A stretch of DNA of 32,000 nucleotides, from the NCBI RefSeq assembly GCF_000172995.2, contig NC_014729.1, forward strand, positions 2,370,001 through 2,402,000, read 5' to 3'. The translations under genes and the position numbers were made by a program. Shown here in pieces: positions 15,505 through 23,895 of this stretch. This stretch comes from Halogeometricum borinquense DSM 11551. Lineage in GTDB: Archaea > Halobacteriota > Halobacteria > Halobacteriales > Haloferacaceae. The notes under the pieces were generated by a model. It worked only from the letters and a program-made list of their open reading frames with translations, did no database searches and was not told the DNA's origin. How positions within the stretch are numbered: position 1 is the first letter of the stretch; every line of letters starts with the position of its first letter.

Positions 15505-16347
15505 GTGCATCCGAAGACGGTCCTTATCACTGGCTGTTCGTCCGGTATCGGTCGCGCCACCGCGTTGGCGTTCTTGGAGGAAGACTGGCGCGTCTACGCG
15601 ACGGCCCGCAACCCGGCAGACATCGAGACACTGGGCGAGAAGGGCTGTGAGTTGGCGACGCTCGACGTGACCGACGGCGACGACGTTGAACGGGTTATCG
15701 ACCGAATCATCGAAGAAGAAGGACACCTCACCTGCGTCGTCAACAACGCGGGCTACGGGCAGTTCGGACCCCTCGAAGATGTCCCGACCGAACAGGTCCA
15801 CCGCCAGTTCGACGTGAACGTTTACGGTCCGCATCGACTGATTCGTGCGGCCTTACCCCACATGCGACGACAGGGCGACGGAACCATCGTAAATGTCTCA
15901 AGCGTCGCCGGACAGATTTCGTTCCCCGGCGGCGGCGTCTACTCGGGATCGAAGTTCGCGCTCGGCGCGATGACCGACGCACTTCGCAACGAAGTTTCGG
16001 AGTACGGTGTCGATGCTGTCCTCGTCGAACCCGGTCCAGTTGCGACGAACTTCACAGAGCGCGTCGAGGCGGAAGTCGAAGGAAGCGAGGAGTTGCCCGG
16101 CGTCGAACGCTCCGGCGCGTACGAGTCGTTCTACGAACTGCTCTCGGACACGCAACTGCTCGGCGGTGGCGGTCCCGCGGCTATCTCGCCCGAACGCGTC
16201 GCAGAAGACATCGTGGATGCCGCGTCGTCTACGAAACCACGCGCTCGATATTATCCCGGTACTCCTGCGCGAATCGCCGCATTGGCGCGGGTCCTTCCGA
16301 ACTCGTGGGTCGATACGGCGTACTCCTACCTCAGAAAGCTTGCCTGA
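15505..16347 (+). CDS. Short-chain dehydrogenase/reductase (SDR) family oxidoreductase
   Basis: Contains TGCSSGIGRA (TGxxxGIG), NNAG and the YSGSKFAL (YxxxK) catalytic motif. The start codon is GTG. Confidence 0.85.
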   Translation: MHPKTVLITGCSSGIGRATALAFLEEDWRVYATARNPADIETLGEKGCELATLDVTDGDDVERVIDRIIEEEGHLTCVVNNAGYGQFGPLEDVPTEQVHRQFDVNVYGPHRLIRAALPHMRRQGDGTIVNVSSVAGQISFPGGGVYSGSKFALGAMTDALRNEVSEYGVDAVLVEPGPVATNFTERVEAEVEGSEELPGVERSGAYESFYELLSDTQLLGGGGPAAISPERVAEDIVDAASSTKPRARYYPGTPARIAALARVLPNSWVDTAYSYLRKLA

Positions 16348-16380
16348 CGGACGTTCTCGGTCGAACTGACGGACGAGCGC

Positions 16381-17625
16381 TCAGGCCAGACAGGCCGCAA
16401 CGACGCGCAGTGCATCTTCGCCGCTCACTTCGTCTGCGAGGAGGGGAACGCGCTTGACGTTTCGGCCGCGGAACAGGTCAGTTGCACGCTGGAGCGCGTT
16501 CTGCTGGACCGTCCACCGACGCTGACAGAACTCACATTCGTCGAGGTTCGGCGAGACGACCCACTCGGAATCTACCGGCGTCGTCGTCACGTCCGCGAGA
16601 TTCTCCATGACGCGGTTGACGACGAGCGTCTGCACCGGAATCCCGTAGCCGTCCAGTCGGTCGATGAGACGCTTCGATTCGACTACGCTCATCTCCTCGG
16701 GGATCATGACGACGCGGAAATCGGTCTGCTGGGGGTCACGGAGGACCGCGCGCAGTCGCTCGATCCGCTCGCGTAACTCGTCTAAGTCGCCCATGCCCGC
16801 CTGATTGGGGTTCCCCGCACCGAACATCCCCTTGATGTTGTCCATCATCCCGGAGAACTTCTGTCGCATGCGGGCGATGCGGCCGAGCATCGAGTCCATC
16901 AGTTCCGGCAGTTCCAACAGACGGAGCGTGTGGCCCGTCGGCGCGGTATCGACGACGACGCGGTCGAATCGCGGGTCGTCGAGGTATGCGACGAGTTGCT
17001 GCATCGCCGCCGCCTCGTCAGCACCGGGCATCGAACCCGGACCCATCATATCGCCGAGAACGTCTTCCATCCCGCCCATATCCATCCCGAACGGATTCTG
17101 TCCATTCTGACCGCCGAACGGGTTATCGGTAGCCGTCTCATCGCCGAATCCGTCGTCTGTGTCGTCCTCGAAGGGGTTGTCGTCGGCGTCTAGGTCGACG
17201 GCGTCGAAGCCGCCAGTTCCCTCGTCGGAAGCGAACGGACCTTCGATGACCTCGTCGGGGTCAATTTCAGCGGCGTAGAGAGGGATGTCCTCGCGGACGC
17301 GGGAGGGGTCTGCGGGCACCTCGACACCGAGCGTATCCGACAGTGAGTGTGCAGGGTCCGTCGAGACGACGAGCGTTGCTGTCCCGGTAGCCGCCGACGA
17401 GAGCGCCGTCGCAGCCGCCATCGTCGTCTTGCCGACGCCACCTTTCCCGCCGTAGAGAACGTATTCCGGCGCGTCAACCCGGTCGGGGAGGTCCGTCTCG
17501 TCGGTCGTCCGCGCCTCCACGTCAACCGAGAGTTCCGTCGAGTCGTCGGGCGCGCCGTGGCCGTCGTGTGCGTCTTCCTCGTCGTCTTCGACGCGGTCAA
17601 CGGGTTCGACGTCGATATTCGCCAT
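16381..17625 (-). CDS. ArsA/Get3(TRC40)-type ATPase
   Basis: Internal ATG 17625 of track ORF 16381..17724 (MANIDVEP...). Contains P-loop GGKGGVGKTT, STDPAHSL, DTAPTGHTLRLL and a CEFC (CxxC) motif. There is an acidic, Gly/Met-rich insert between the switch regions. Confidence 0.85.
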   Translation of the reverse strand: MANIDVEPVDRVEDDEEDAHDGHGAPDDSTELSVDVEARTTDETDLPDRVDAPEYVLYGGKGGVGKTTMAAATALSSAATGTATLVVSTDPAHSLSDTLGVEVPADPSRVREDIPLYAAEIDPDEVIEGPFASDEGTGGFDAVDLDADDNPFEDDTDDGFGDETATDNPFGGQNGQNPFGMDMGGMEDVLGDMMGPGSMPGADEAAAMQQLVAYLDDPRFDRVVVDTAPTGHTLRLLELPELMDSMLGRIARMRQKFSGMMDNIKGMFGAGNPNQAGMGDLDELRERIERLRAVLRDPQQTDFRVVMIPEEMSVVESKRLIDRLDGYGIPVQTLVVNRVMENLADVTTTPVDSEWVVSPNLDECEFCQRRWTVQQNALQRATDLFRGRNVKRVPLLADEVSGEDALRVVAACLA

Positions 17626-17704
17626 AGCGGGACGCACGTAGTCACGACTTGTGTACTCGTCGGTCGCCGGACGCGGACGGCAAGTGCCGCGGCATACCTC
17701 CCAC

Positions 17705-18815
17705 TCAGCCAAAGTAGTCCGCAAGGCGCGCCGCCGCCTCGTCGGCCCGCGGCGTCACCAGCGCAAAGCGGATCCAATCGTCGTACGCCTCGCCGAACCC
17801 CTCGCCGGGCATCCCCGCGACGCCCGCCTCGTCGATCAACTGCTCGACGTTCGACAGCGTGCCGGGGAAGTCGTCGAAGCGTGCCAGCACGTAGAACGCT
17901 CCTCTGGGGGTGGTGTAGTCGGCCCCAGCAGCGTCGAGGGCGTCAGTGAACGAGGTGATTCGGTCTCGAAGCATCTCGCGCGTCCCTTCGTAGTACTCCG
18001 CCGGTGTCTCTTCGAGCGCACGGAGGACGGCCGCTTGTCCGGGGCGGTTCGTGGCGACGTTCACCAGCATATGTCGCGTCTTCGCGGCGGGGACCAGTTC
18101 CTCGGGGAAGACCGCATACCCGATTCGGAAGCCCGTTATCGCCATCGACTTCGAATAGCCGGAAGTGACGATGACGCGGTCGGAATCGAGCGTGAGTGCG
18201 CTCTCGAAGTCACCAGAGAAGTCGAAGTGATCGTACACTTCATCCACAATGAGAAGAGCATCGTTCTCCGCGGCGACGTCGTGCAGCGCCTCGACGGTCT
18301 CGCGGTCGTACACTGCCCCGGTCGGGTTGTTCGGCGTATTGATCAGGATGGCCGCCGTCTCCGATGAGGCCGCGTCGCGCATCGCCGCCACATCGGGGGT
18401 CACCGCTTTCCAAAACTGGCACCGTCGTCGCCGTCCCGCCGAGCATCGTCGCCTTGCCGGGATAATACGGGTACACCGGGTCGGTGAGGAGAAACTCGTT
18501 TCCCGAATCGCGTTCCAGCGCTCGCGCCATGGCGAGGTAGTTCGCCTCGCCTGCACCGTTCGTCACGACGATGTGCGAAGAATCCACGTTCCGGCGGGTG
18601 GCGATTGTCTCGCGGAGTTCGCGCAAACCCTCGCTCGGCGGGTACTGGAACTCGTCTGCGTCGGCGTCAGCGTACTCGCGCAGACCGTCCCGCAGCGCCT
18701 CCGGCGGGTCCCAGTCGGGATTACCGGACACCATCCCGACGACATCTCTGTCGGCCCGCGCCGCATACTTCATCACCTGAAAGAACAGGGGTTCGTCGTA
18801 AGCGTCGTTGCCCAT
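17705..18815 (-). pseudogene. Class I/II pyridoxal-phosphate-dependent aminotransferase interrupted by a 1-nt frameshift
   Basis: The N-terminal half lies in track ORF 18240..18887 ([19 protein letters not shown]...[11 protein letters not shown]...YPYYPGKATMLGGTATTVPV). The C-terminal half lies in ORF 17705..18556 (...AAILINTPNNPTGAVY...SGYSKSMAITGFRIGY...PRGAFY...). The frames switch within CCAGTTTTGGAAAGCGG on the minus strand (+ strand 18405-18417). Total span is 1111 nt, which is 3n+1. Confidence 0.75.
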
Positions 18816-18901
18816 CTCGTCCGGAGACTCGGACGGGTGGGTGGTGGCTCTTTCGCCCCCGGCAGGCCGCCTTTTTGTCGTCGCCACCCCTCGACCCGAC
18901 T

Positions 18902-19423
18902 ATGCGAGAGTTCGCAACGGACCCACCAGTCGAAGCACGCGTCGGCAGCGCCCTCCGCGAGTCCGGAGAGACGCTCGCCGCGGCCGAGTCCTGCACAGGC
19001 GGCCTTATCGGGTCGTTTCTCACCGACGTTCCCGGGTCGTCAGATTACTTCGACCGCTCGGTCGTCACCTATTCGTACGACGCGAAACTGACCGAACTGG
19101 CCGTCTCGCGGGAGTCGCTGGACGAGCATGGAGCCGTCTCCGAACCCGTCGCCCGACAGATGGCGACCGGCGTCCGCGACACCGCTGGAACCGATTGGGC
19201 CGTGGCGACGACGGGTATCGCGGGGCCGGACGGCGGAACCGATGAAAAGCCCGTCGGAACGGTGTACATCGGTCTCGCCTACCGCGGCGAGTGGGGGACG
19301 CAGGAGTCGTACGCGACGGTCGAGCGGCACGAGTTCGATGGCGACCGGACGCAGATTAAAGAACAGATTGCCCGGCAGGCGCTGGAGACGGTACTGGACG
19401 CGGTCGAATCGCGGAGCGTCTGA
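18902..19423 (+). CDS. CinA-family protein (PncC-like nicotinamide-nucleotide amidohydrolase domain)
   Basis: Internal ATG 18902 of track ORF 18605..19423. Contains [36 protein letters not shown] and GTVYIGL motifs. Confidence 0.85.
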   Translation: MREFATDPPVEARVGSALRESGETLAAAESCTGGLIGSFLTDVPGSSDYFDRSVVTYSYDAKLTELAVSRESLDEHGAVSEPVARQMATGVRDTAGTDWAVATTGIAGPDGGTDEKPVGTVYIGLAYRGEWGTQESYATVERHEFDGDRTQIKEQIARQALETVLDAVESRSV

Positions 19424-19487
19424 CGGATGGCAGACGATTCTCCGCAGGGCACAACGTTTGTGTTCGCCGCGTTCGGACAGTCACGCC

Positions 19488-20021
19488 ATGAATAAAGAAG
19501 GGCACGTCCTGAACGGTGCGCTGTTAGCGCTCGGACTGGGCCTGATCCTCGCGGTAGACCCGACAGCGGGGCCACTTATCACGGAGTCGTCGTCGGCCCT
19601 CGCGCTCGAAGCGGGCAGGAGAGTCGTAGAACTGTCACTGCCGGTCATTCTCGGCGCGTTGTTCCCCGACGTGGACACCGCGTTCGGCAAACACCGGAAG
19701 ACGCTCCACAATCTCCCCGTACTGGCGATCTTCCTCGCCTTCCCCCCGATTTTCGGCAATCTCCAGTACGTCTGGGTGGGTGTGGCGACGCACTACGTCC
19801 TCGATATGGTTGGGTCGAAGCGCGGCATCGCGCTGTTTTACCCGCTCTCCTCGCAGGAGTACGACCTGCCGACGGGCGTTGCAACGTCCAGCAAATGGGC
19901 CAATCCTGTTACGTTCGTCGTGACGGCGGTAGAACTCATCGTTCTCGGCGCTGTCCACTACTACGTGTTCGCCCTCGACACGACGTTCTCGGAGGCTGCC
20001 ACGCTCCTCGGTCTGTTCTGA
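19488..20021 (+). CDS. Membrane-bound metal-dependent hydrolase (YdjM/DUF457-like)
   Basis: Internal ATG 19488 of track ORF 19128..20021. It is multi-TM, with an N-terminal H..NG, FPDVD....HR...H and a THY..D pattern. Family assignment is from memory. Confidence 0.65.
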   Translation: MNKEGHVLNGALLALGLGLILAVDPTAGPLITESSSALALEAGRRVVELSLPVILGALFPDVDTAFGKHRKTLHNLPVLAIFLAFPPIFGNLQYVWVGVATHYVLDMVGSKRGIALFYPLSSQEYDLPTGVATSSKWANPVTFVVTAVELIVLGAVHYYVFALDTTFSEAATLLGLF

Positions 20022-20109
20022 ACCCGTCAGAACGTCTCCGAGAAAGAGAAACAATTAGTTTATTGACATAATATCAGAGATCAGTTTGATTTTCGACACC
20101 GCTCTCGCT

Positions 20110-20223
20110 GTGACGTCTCCGCCCATCGCTGGAATTGTGCCCCTGTTTCCAAACCTTCCCGGTGGGCCAGAACTACTGTTTATCAGCCTCTTGTTCGCCG
20201 TCGGTCCCGGTCTATTCGTCTAA
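20110..20223 (+). CDS. Candidate small hydrophobic peptide A (37 aa with GTG start; 45 aa from TTG 20086)
   Basis: Encodes (M)TSPPIAGIVPLFPNLPGGPELLFISLLFAVGPGLFV. TTTATTGACATAATAT (20059-20074) lies upstream. Third-position GC is only about 60%, so coding status is doubtful. Confidence 0.2.
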   Translation: MTSPPIAGIVPLFPNLPGGPELLFISLLFAVGPGLFV

Positions 20224-20242
20224 CGACTCGACAGAAAACACC

Positions 20243-20350
20243 GTGGAGAACCGACTGCTGTGGACAGGGGCAACGTTGGCCGCCGGACTAGTGGCGAATA
20301 TCGTCGGCAGCGGCGTTGTCCTGCTCCTGTACCTCGTGGAGACGCGCTGA
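20243..20350 (+). CDS. Candidate small single-TM peptide B (35 aa, GTG start)
   Basis: This is the C-terminal part of track ORF 20135..20350: (M)ENRLLWTGATLAAGLVANIVGSGVVLLLYLVETR. Third-position GC is about 80% by my count. No homology evidence. Confidence 0.3.
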   Translation: MENRLLWTGATLAAGLVANIVGSGVVLLLYLVETR

Positions 20351-20413
20351 GAAGCCGTGTGACTGGCGGGCGTTGAGACGCGAGTCGAAGAAGTGGAAAC
20401 GAAAACGGAGGCG

Positions 20414-21148
20414 TCAGTACTCCCGTACGTCGTCGAAGTCGCCGTCGTAGGCGATATGGCCGGGATGAGTCGGCTCCATCCCCGAAAGGAACAGTCGGTC
20501 CAATTTTCCCCACGAGTTCTCGAAGCCGAGATGCGCGAACTCTATCGCAGAGCGCAGTCGGTGGCCGATGCCCGAACGGTGCATCACGCGCCGGGGTGCG
20601 CCCTCACGCAGGGCCGCCACGAGGTCTTCGGCCGACTCGATTTCTCTGTCGAATTCCGTCCACGCCTCACCGATGCTGCCGCGGAGATGCGCGTACGAAG
20701 ATCCGAACCCGGGAATATCGAACTCGGCCGAGAACTCGCGGCCCGGTCGGTTCTGACCGGCGAACAGTTTCCCGTTGTACGTCTCAATCGCATGTATCTC
20801 GTCGGCGTGAGCGCGGACCGCTTCTCGGCCGAGACTTACGTTGAGAAAGTCGGGATGAGGGACGAGAACGGCGGCTTCCTGCCGAGCGAAAGTGGCGAAC
20901 GCCGCCTCCATCGTGATGAAGTCCGGGATGGGATCAGTGAGACCGATGGCGAGGAGGTGCCGCCGTTGCCGCCATGTGCCTGTGAACACCTCCCGTGCGG
21001 GGACGACCAACAACTCGTCGTCGGAAAACTCGGCTGCCTTCGCGCGAATATCGGGCAGGCGTTCGAAATGCGGCGCATACACTAACACGTCGATACCGCG
21101 GGCTTTCGCCCGAGACACGACGCGCTCGTCCAGAATCTTCACGTGCAT
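20414..21148 (-). CDS. PHP (polymerase/histidinol phosphatase) domain protein
   Basis: Track ORF 20414..21262. Contains MHVKILDERVV..AKARGIDVLVYAPHF, AVLVPHPDF and later His/Asp-containing blocks. Start placed at ATG 21148 because the upstream 38 codons are S/T-rich with low third-position GC. ATG 21226 is an alternative. Confidence 0.7.
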   Translation of the reverse strand: MHVKILDERVVSRAKARGIDVLVYAPHFERLPDIRAKAAEFSDDELLVVPAREVFTGTWRQRRHLLAIGLTDPIPDFITMEAAFATFARQEAAVLVPHPDFLNVSLGREAVRAHADEIHAIETYNGKLFAGQNRPGREFSAEFDIPGFGSSYAHLRGSIGEAWTEFDREIESAEDLVAALREGAPRRVMHRSGIGHRLRSAIEFAHLGFENSWGKLDRLFLSGMEPTHPGHIAYDGDFDDVREY

Positions 21149-21321
21149 ATCGACGCGAGTGGACGGAGAGAGAGACGCAGACGTGGCGGTCACGTCTGTC
21201 GATGAGATGGCAGCGTGGTTAGTCATTACTATTTTCCGAGCGATTGTGGGGGGAGTCAGCACGCCGAGAGGTTCGCTGGGTCTGCGGAACGGTTTAGTTC
21301 CCGGTAACCGTCTCCGCCAGT

Positions 21322-21624
21322 ATGTCCCTGTGGAAGTGCGGCGTCGCTGGATGTGATGGGCGGTTCGAGGAGGTGGAGGACGCCATCATCCACCAGACGG
21401 TGGAACACGAGCGTCACGAGTGTAAGGTGTGCGGCACCATCGTCCCCGAGGGCTACTTCGCTATTCGCCACGCGTTCGAAGAACACTCGCGCGCCGAGTT
21501 CGTCCGCGCGTACGATGCGAACTCCTCCGACGTACGCGAACGAGAACGAGTGAAAAGCGACGTCGAATCGGAAGCGGACCTCCAGACTGTCGTCGAGACG
21601 CTGAAAGAACAAGGCGCGCTGTAA
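21322..21624 (+). CDS. Small protein with two C2H2-type zinc-finger motifs
   Basis: Contains KCGVAGCDGRFEEVEDAIIHQTVEH (C-x4-C-x12-H-x5-H) and CKVCGTIVPEGYFAIRHAFEEH (C-x2-C-x12-H-x5-H). The tail is acidic. Confidence 0.7.
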   Translation: MSLWKCGVAGCDGRFEEVEDAIIHQTVEHERHECKVCGTIVPEGYFAIRHAFEEHSRAEFVRAYDANSSDVRERERVKSDVESEADLQTVVETLKEQGAL

Positions 21625-21742
21625 TTTCTCCAGCAACGGCGCTCAGCGTGTCGAGCGACGAGAACGAGAGAGAATCGGGTCCGGGGGCGCGCAGTCTCCA
21701 TTTTGTTCACGGCCCCACCGCTCGCTGATTCGAAGAACGCGC

Positions 21743-22198
21743 TTAGCGCTCGTCGGAGTCCAGCACGCGAATCTGGTCTCCGCGCACGGTAACCGGAATC
21801 GGAACCGTCGCCTCGTACAGTTCGACGGTGACCTGGTCTTTCGTTTCGTCGATACGCTGAACGCGTGCTTTCTCGCCTTTGAACGGCCCGGCGACGAGTT
21901 CGACGATGTCTCCTTCTGCAATCCCTTCCACGTCCGGCGTCGGCGAGAGGAAGTGCTCCACCTCGGCCATACTAGAGGTTGCTTGACCGTCGCCGACGAG
22001 GCCACGGGCGTGCGGAATCTCCTCTAAGACGCGGTTGATGACCGCGTTGTTGTCCGCCTCCACCATCACGTAACTCGTCAGCGAGTCAGGTGCGAGGACG
22101 GCGTGAATCTCCGCTTCTTCACGAGTTGCGATCATGTCGGCGACAGTCTGCTCCTGTCGCGCGGTCGTCTTTACGGCGAAGATGGGCACCTCAGACAC
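21743..22198 (-). CDS. spt5: Transcription elongation factor Spt5 (archaeal NusG)
   Basis: Contains an NGN domain ([18 protein letters not shown]...SYVMVEA) and a KOW motif ([22 protein letters not shown]). The GTG start overlaps the secE stop by 8 nt. Confidence 0.9.
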   Translation of the reverse strand: MSEVPIFAVKTTARQEQTVADMIATREEAEIHAVLAPDSLTSYVMVEADNNAVINRVLEEIPHARGLVGDGQATSSMAEVEHFLSPTPDVEGIAEGDIVELVAGPFKGEKARVQRIDETKDQVTVELYEATVPIPVTVRGDQIRVLDSDER

Positions 22199-22364
22199 CC
22201 CCGGGGAGGAAGCTCATGAGGGCGAAGATGACGAACCCCATGAAGCCGATAAGGAAGATGCCAGCACCGGCGATGAGACCGATCTGGGAGAACTCATCCC
22301 AGGAAGGGGTGCTCGCCTTTTTCAGCACCCGCACGTAACTGTTCAGGTCGTACTTGACGTCCAT
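22191..22364 (-). CDS. secE: Protein translocase subunit SecE (Sec61 gamma), 57 aa; below the ORF-track length cutoff
   Basis: My own translation is [57 protein letters not shown]. It has an amphipathic N-terminus plus one TM helix, and sits in the conserved position between ftsZ and spt5. Confidence 0.85.
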   Translation of the reverse strand: MDVKYDLNSYVRVLKKASTPSWDEFSQIGLIAGAGIFLIGFMGFVIFALMSFLPGGV

Positions 22365-22390
22365 GTTAGCCGTGGCTAGTACGTCGGGCT

Positions 22391-22404
22391 TTTTCTATCT
22401 ATTG
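22391..22404 (-). promoter_or_regulatory. TATA-like element (minus strand AATAGATAGAAAAA) upstream of secE
   Basis: It is centred about 34 nt upstream of ATG 22364. Confidence 0.3.
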
Positions 22405-22536
22405 ATGCAATCGGGCTAGAGTGCGCCACGAGAGACCGTCACAGGCGCAACGCTCAGCGTAAATCGATCTCGTCCGCAAACGCTGGCATGGCGGCGCGAA
22501 CGAGGACAGAGCAGCGAGAAATCGAAACCGACGGCG

Positions 22537-23697
22537 CTATTCGACGTAGTCGATGTCTTGGCCCTGCTGGGGCGCTTGGGGTTGTCGCGCGGGTTCGCCC
22601 TCGCCGCCGTCGCTCCGACCGTAGATCTGCGGCGATTCGACGCCGGTGACGACGATCATCGTCCGCATCGTGCCGTCGAGTTCCTCGTCCACGGAGGTAC
22701 CCCAGATGATGCGTGCGTCGGGGTCGATGCGGTCGTAAATCTCCTCGACGACGCCCTCGGCCTCCTCGATGCTCATGTCCGAGCCACCAGTGACGTTCAC
22801 GAGCGCGGAGTTGGCACCGGAGATGTCCACGTCGAGAAGCGGCGACCGGAGGGCGCTCTTGACGGAGTCTTGCGCCTTCGAGTCGGAGTCGGACTCGCCG
22901 AGACCGATCATGGCGACGCCGCCGCGTTCCATGACCGTCTTCACGTCGGCGAAGTCGAGGTTGACGAGACCGGGCTTCGTGATGAGTTCAGTGATGCCCT
23001 TCACGGAGCGCATCAGCACTTCGTCGGACACCTTGAACGCCTGCCGGACGGGGAGTTTGCCGACCGCGTCGAGGAGTCTGTCGTTCGGGACGACGATGAC
23101 CGTGTCGGCCACGTCGCGGAGTCGTTCGAGACCTGCTTCGGCGTTCGTACGGCGAACTTCGCCCTCGGCCGTGAACGGGGTCGTCACGATAGCGATGGTG
23201 AGCGCACCGCACTCGCGGGCCGCTTTGGCGACAACTGGCGCGGATCCGGTACCCGTCCCGCCGCCGAGACCCGCAGTGACGAACACCATGTCGGAGCCTT
23301 CGATAGCGTCGTAAATCTCTTCCTGCGATTCGAGGGCGGCTTCCTCGCCTACCTGGGGAAGCGACCCGGCACCCCGACCTTGGGTCTTCTGCTCGCCCAT
23401 GAGAATCTTCGTGTCGGCGTCAATCTCGACGAGGTGCTGAACGTCGGTGTTGGCGGCGACCAACTTCGCACCCTTGATTCCCTCTTCGTGCATTCGGTTG
23501 ACGGTGTTTCCACCCGCACCGCCGCAGCCGACGACCGTAATGTCAGTTTGGAGGTCCTGCAGGACGTTTTTCAGTTCCTCGTCGGTCATCGTGCCGCTTC
23601 TTCGAATCTGTTCGCTGTCGTTCTCGAGCCCGCCGACGGTCCTCCCATCCCCCGTCTCCTCGGCCTCGTCTATTGCATCGTCGACGATAGAGTCCAT
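22537..23697 (-). CDS. ftsZ: Cell division GTPase FtsZ (FtsZ1-type by genomic context)
   Basis: Contains [15 protein letters not shown] and the tubulin signature [15 protein letters not shown], followed by NDRL. The tail is acidic. The ftsZ-secE-nusG order is a known conserved archaeal arrangement. Confidence 0.95.
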   Translation of the reverse strand: MDSIVDDAIDEAEETGDGRTVGGLENDSEQIRRSGTMTDEELKNVLQDLQTDITVVGCGGAGGNTVNRMHEEGIKGAKLVAANTDVQHLVEIDADTKILMGEQKTQGRGAGSLPQVGEEAALESQEEIYDAIEGSDMVFVTAGLGGGTGTGSAPVVAKAARECGALTIAIVTTPFTAEGEVRRTNAEAGLERLRDVADTVIVVPNDRLLDAVGKLPVRQAFKVSDEVLMRSVKGITELITKPGLVNLDFADVKTVMERGGVAMIGLGESDSDSKAQDSVKSALRSPLLDVDISGANSALVNVTGGSDMSIEEAEGVVEEIYDRIDPDARIIWGTSVDEELDGTMRTMIVVTGVESPQIYGRSDGGEGEPARQPQAPQQGQDIDYVE

Positions 23698-23723
23698 TTA
23701 TGAGCGTCCTTACCGAATGGAGC

Positions 23724-23735
23724 CTAATTATCTTT
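23724..23735 (-). promoter_or_regulatory. TATA-box candidate (minus strand AAAGATAATTAG) for ftsZ
   Basis: It is centred about 32 nt upstream of ATG 23697. This implies a very short leader or none. Confidence 0.4.
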
Positions 23736-23895
23736 CCCCCTCGCGTCGGACGCGTGTCGGACGCTCACACGGGAATTTAGGTATGTATTAACGATCCAGC
23801 AGGTATGTGGAACCTCAGTACACGATCAGACACACATGTATTCGGCCGAAGCGGCGAGAGATATCCGGGAAATTAGATCTTAAACACCAACGCAA

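Noticed and set aside
14826-15560. 244-aa ORF on the minus strand over nfi
   Set aside because: It is antisense to endonuclease V. It is Ser/Arg/Pro-rich and has no motifs.
17651-19091. ORFs 17651..18367 (+) and 18249..19091 (+) over the aminotransferase locus
   Set aside because: They are antisense to the two halves of the aminotransferase. They are Arg-rich and have no motifs.
22558-23703. 381-aa ORF on the + strand covering all of ftsZ
   Set aside because: It is exactly antisense to a well-supported FtsZ gene. Its Arg/Val/Gly/Asp-rich composition, with no recognisable motifs, is typical of a high-GC shadow ORF.
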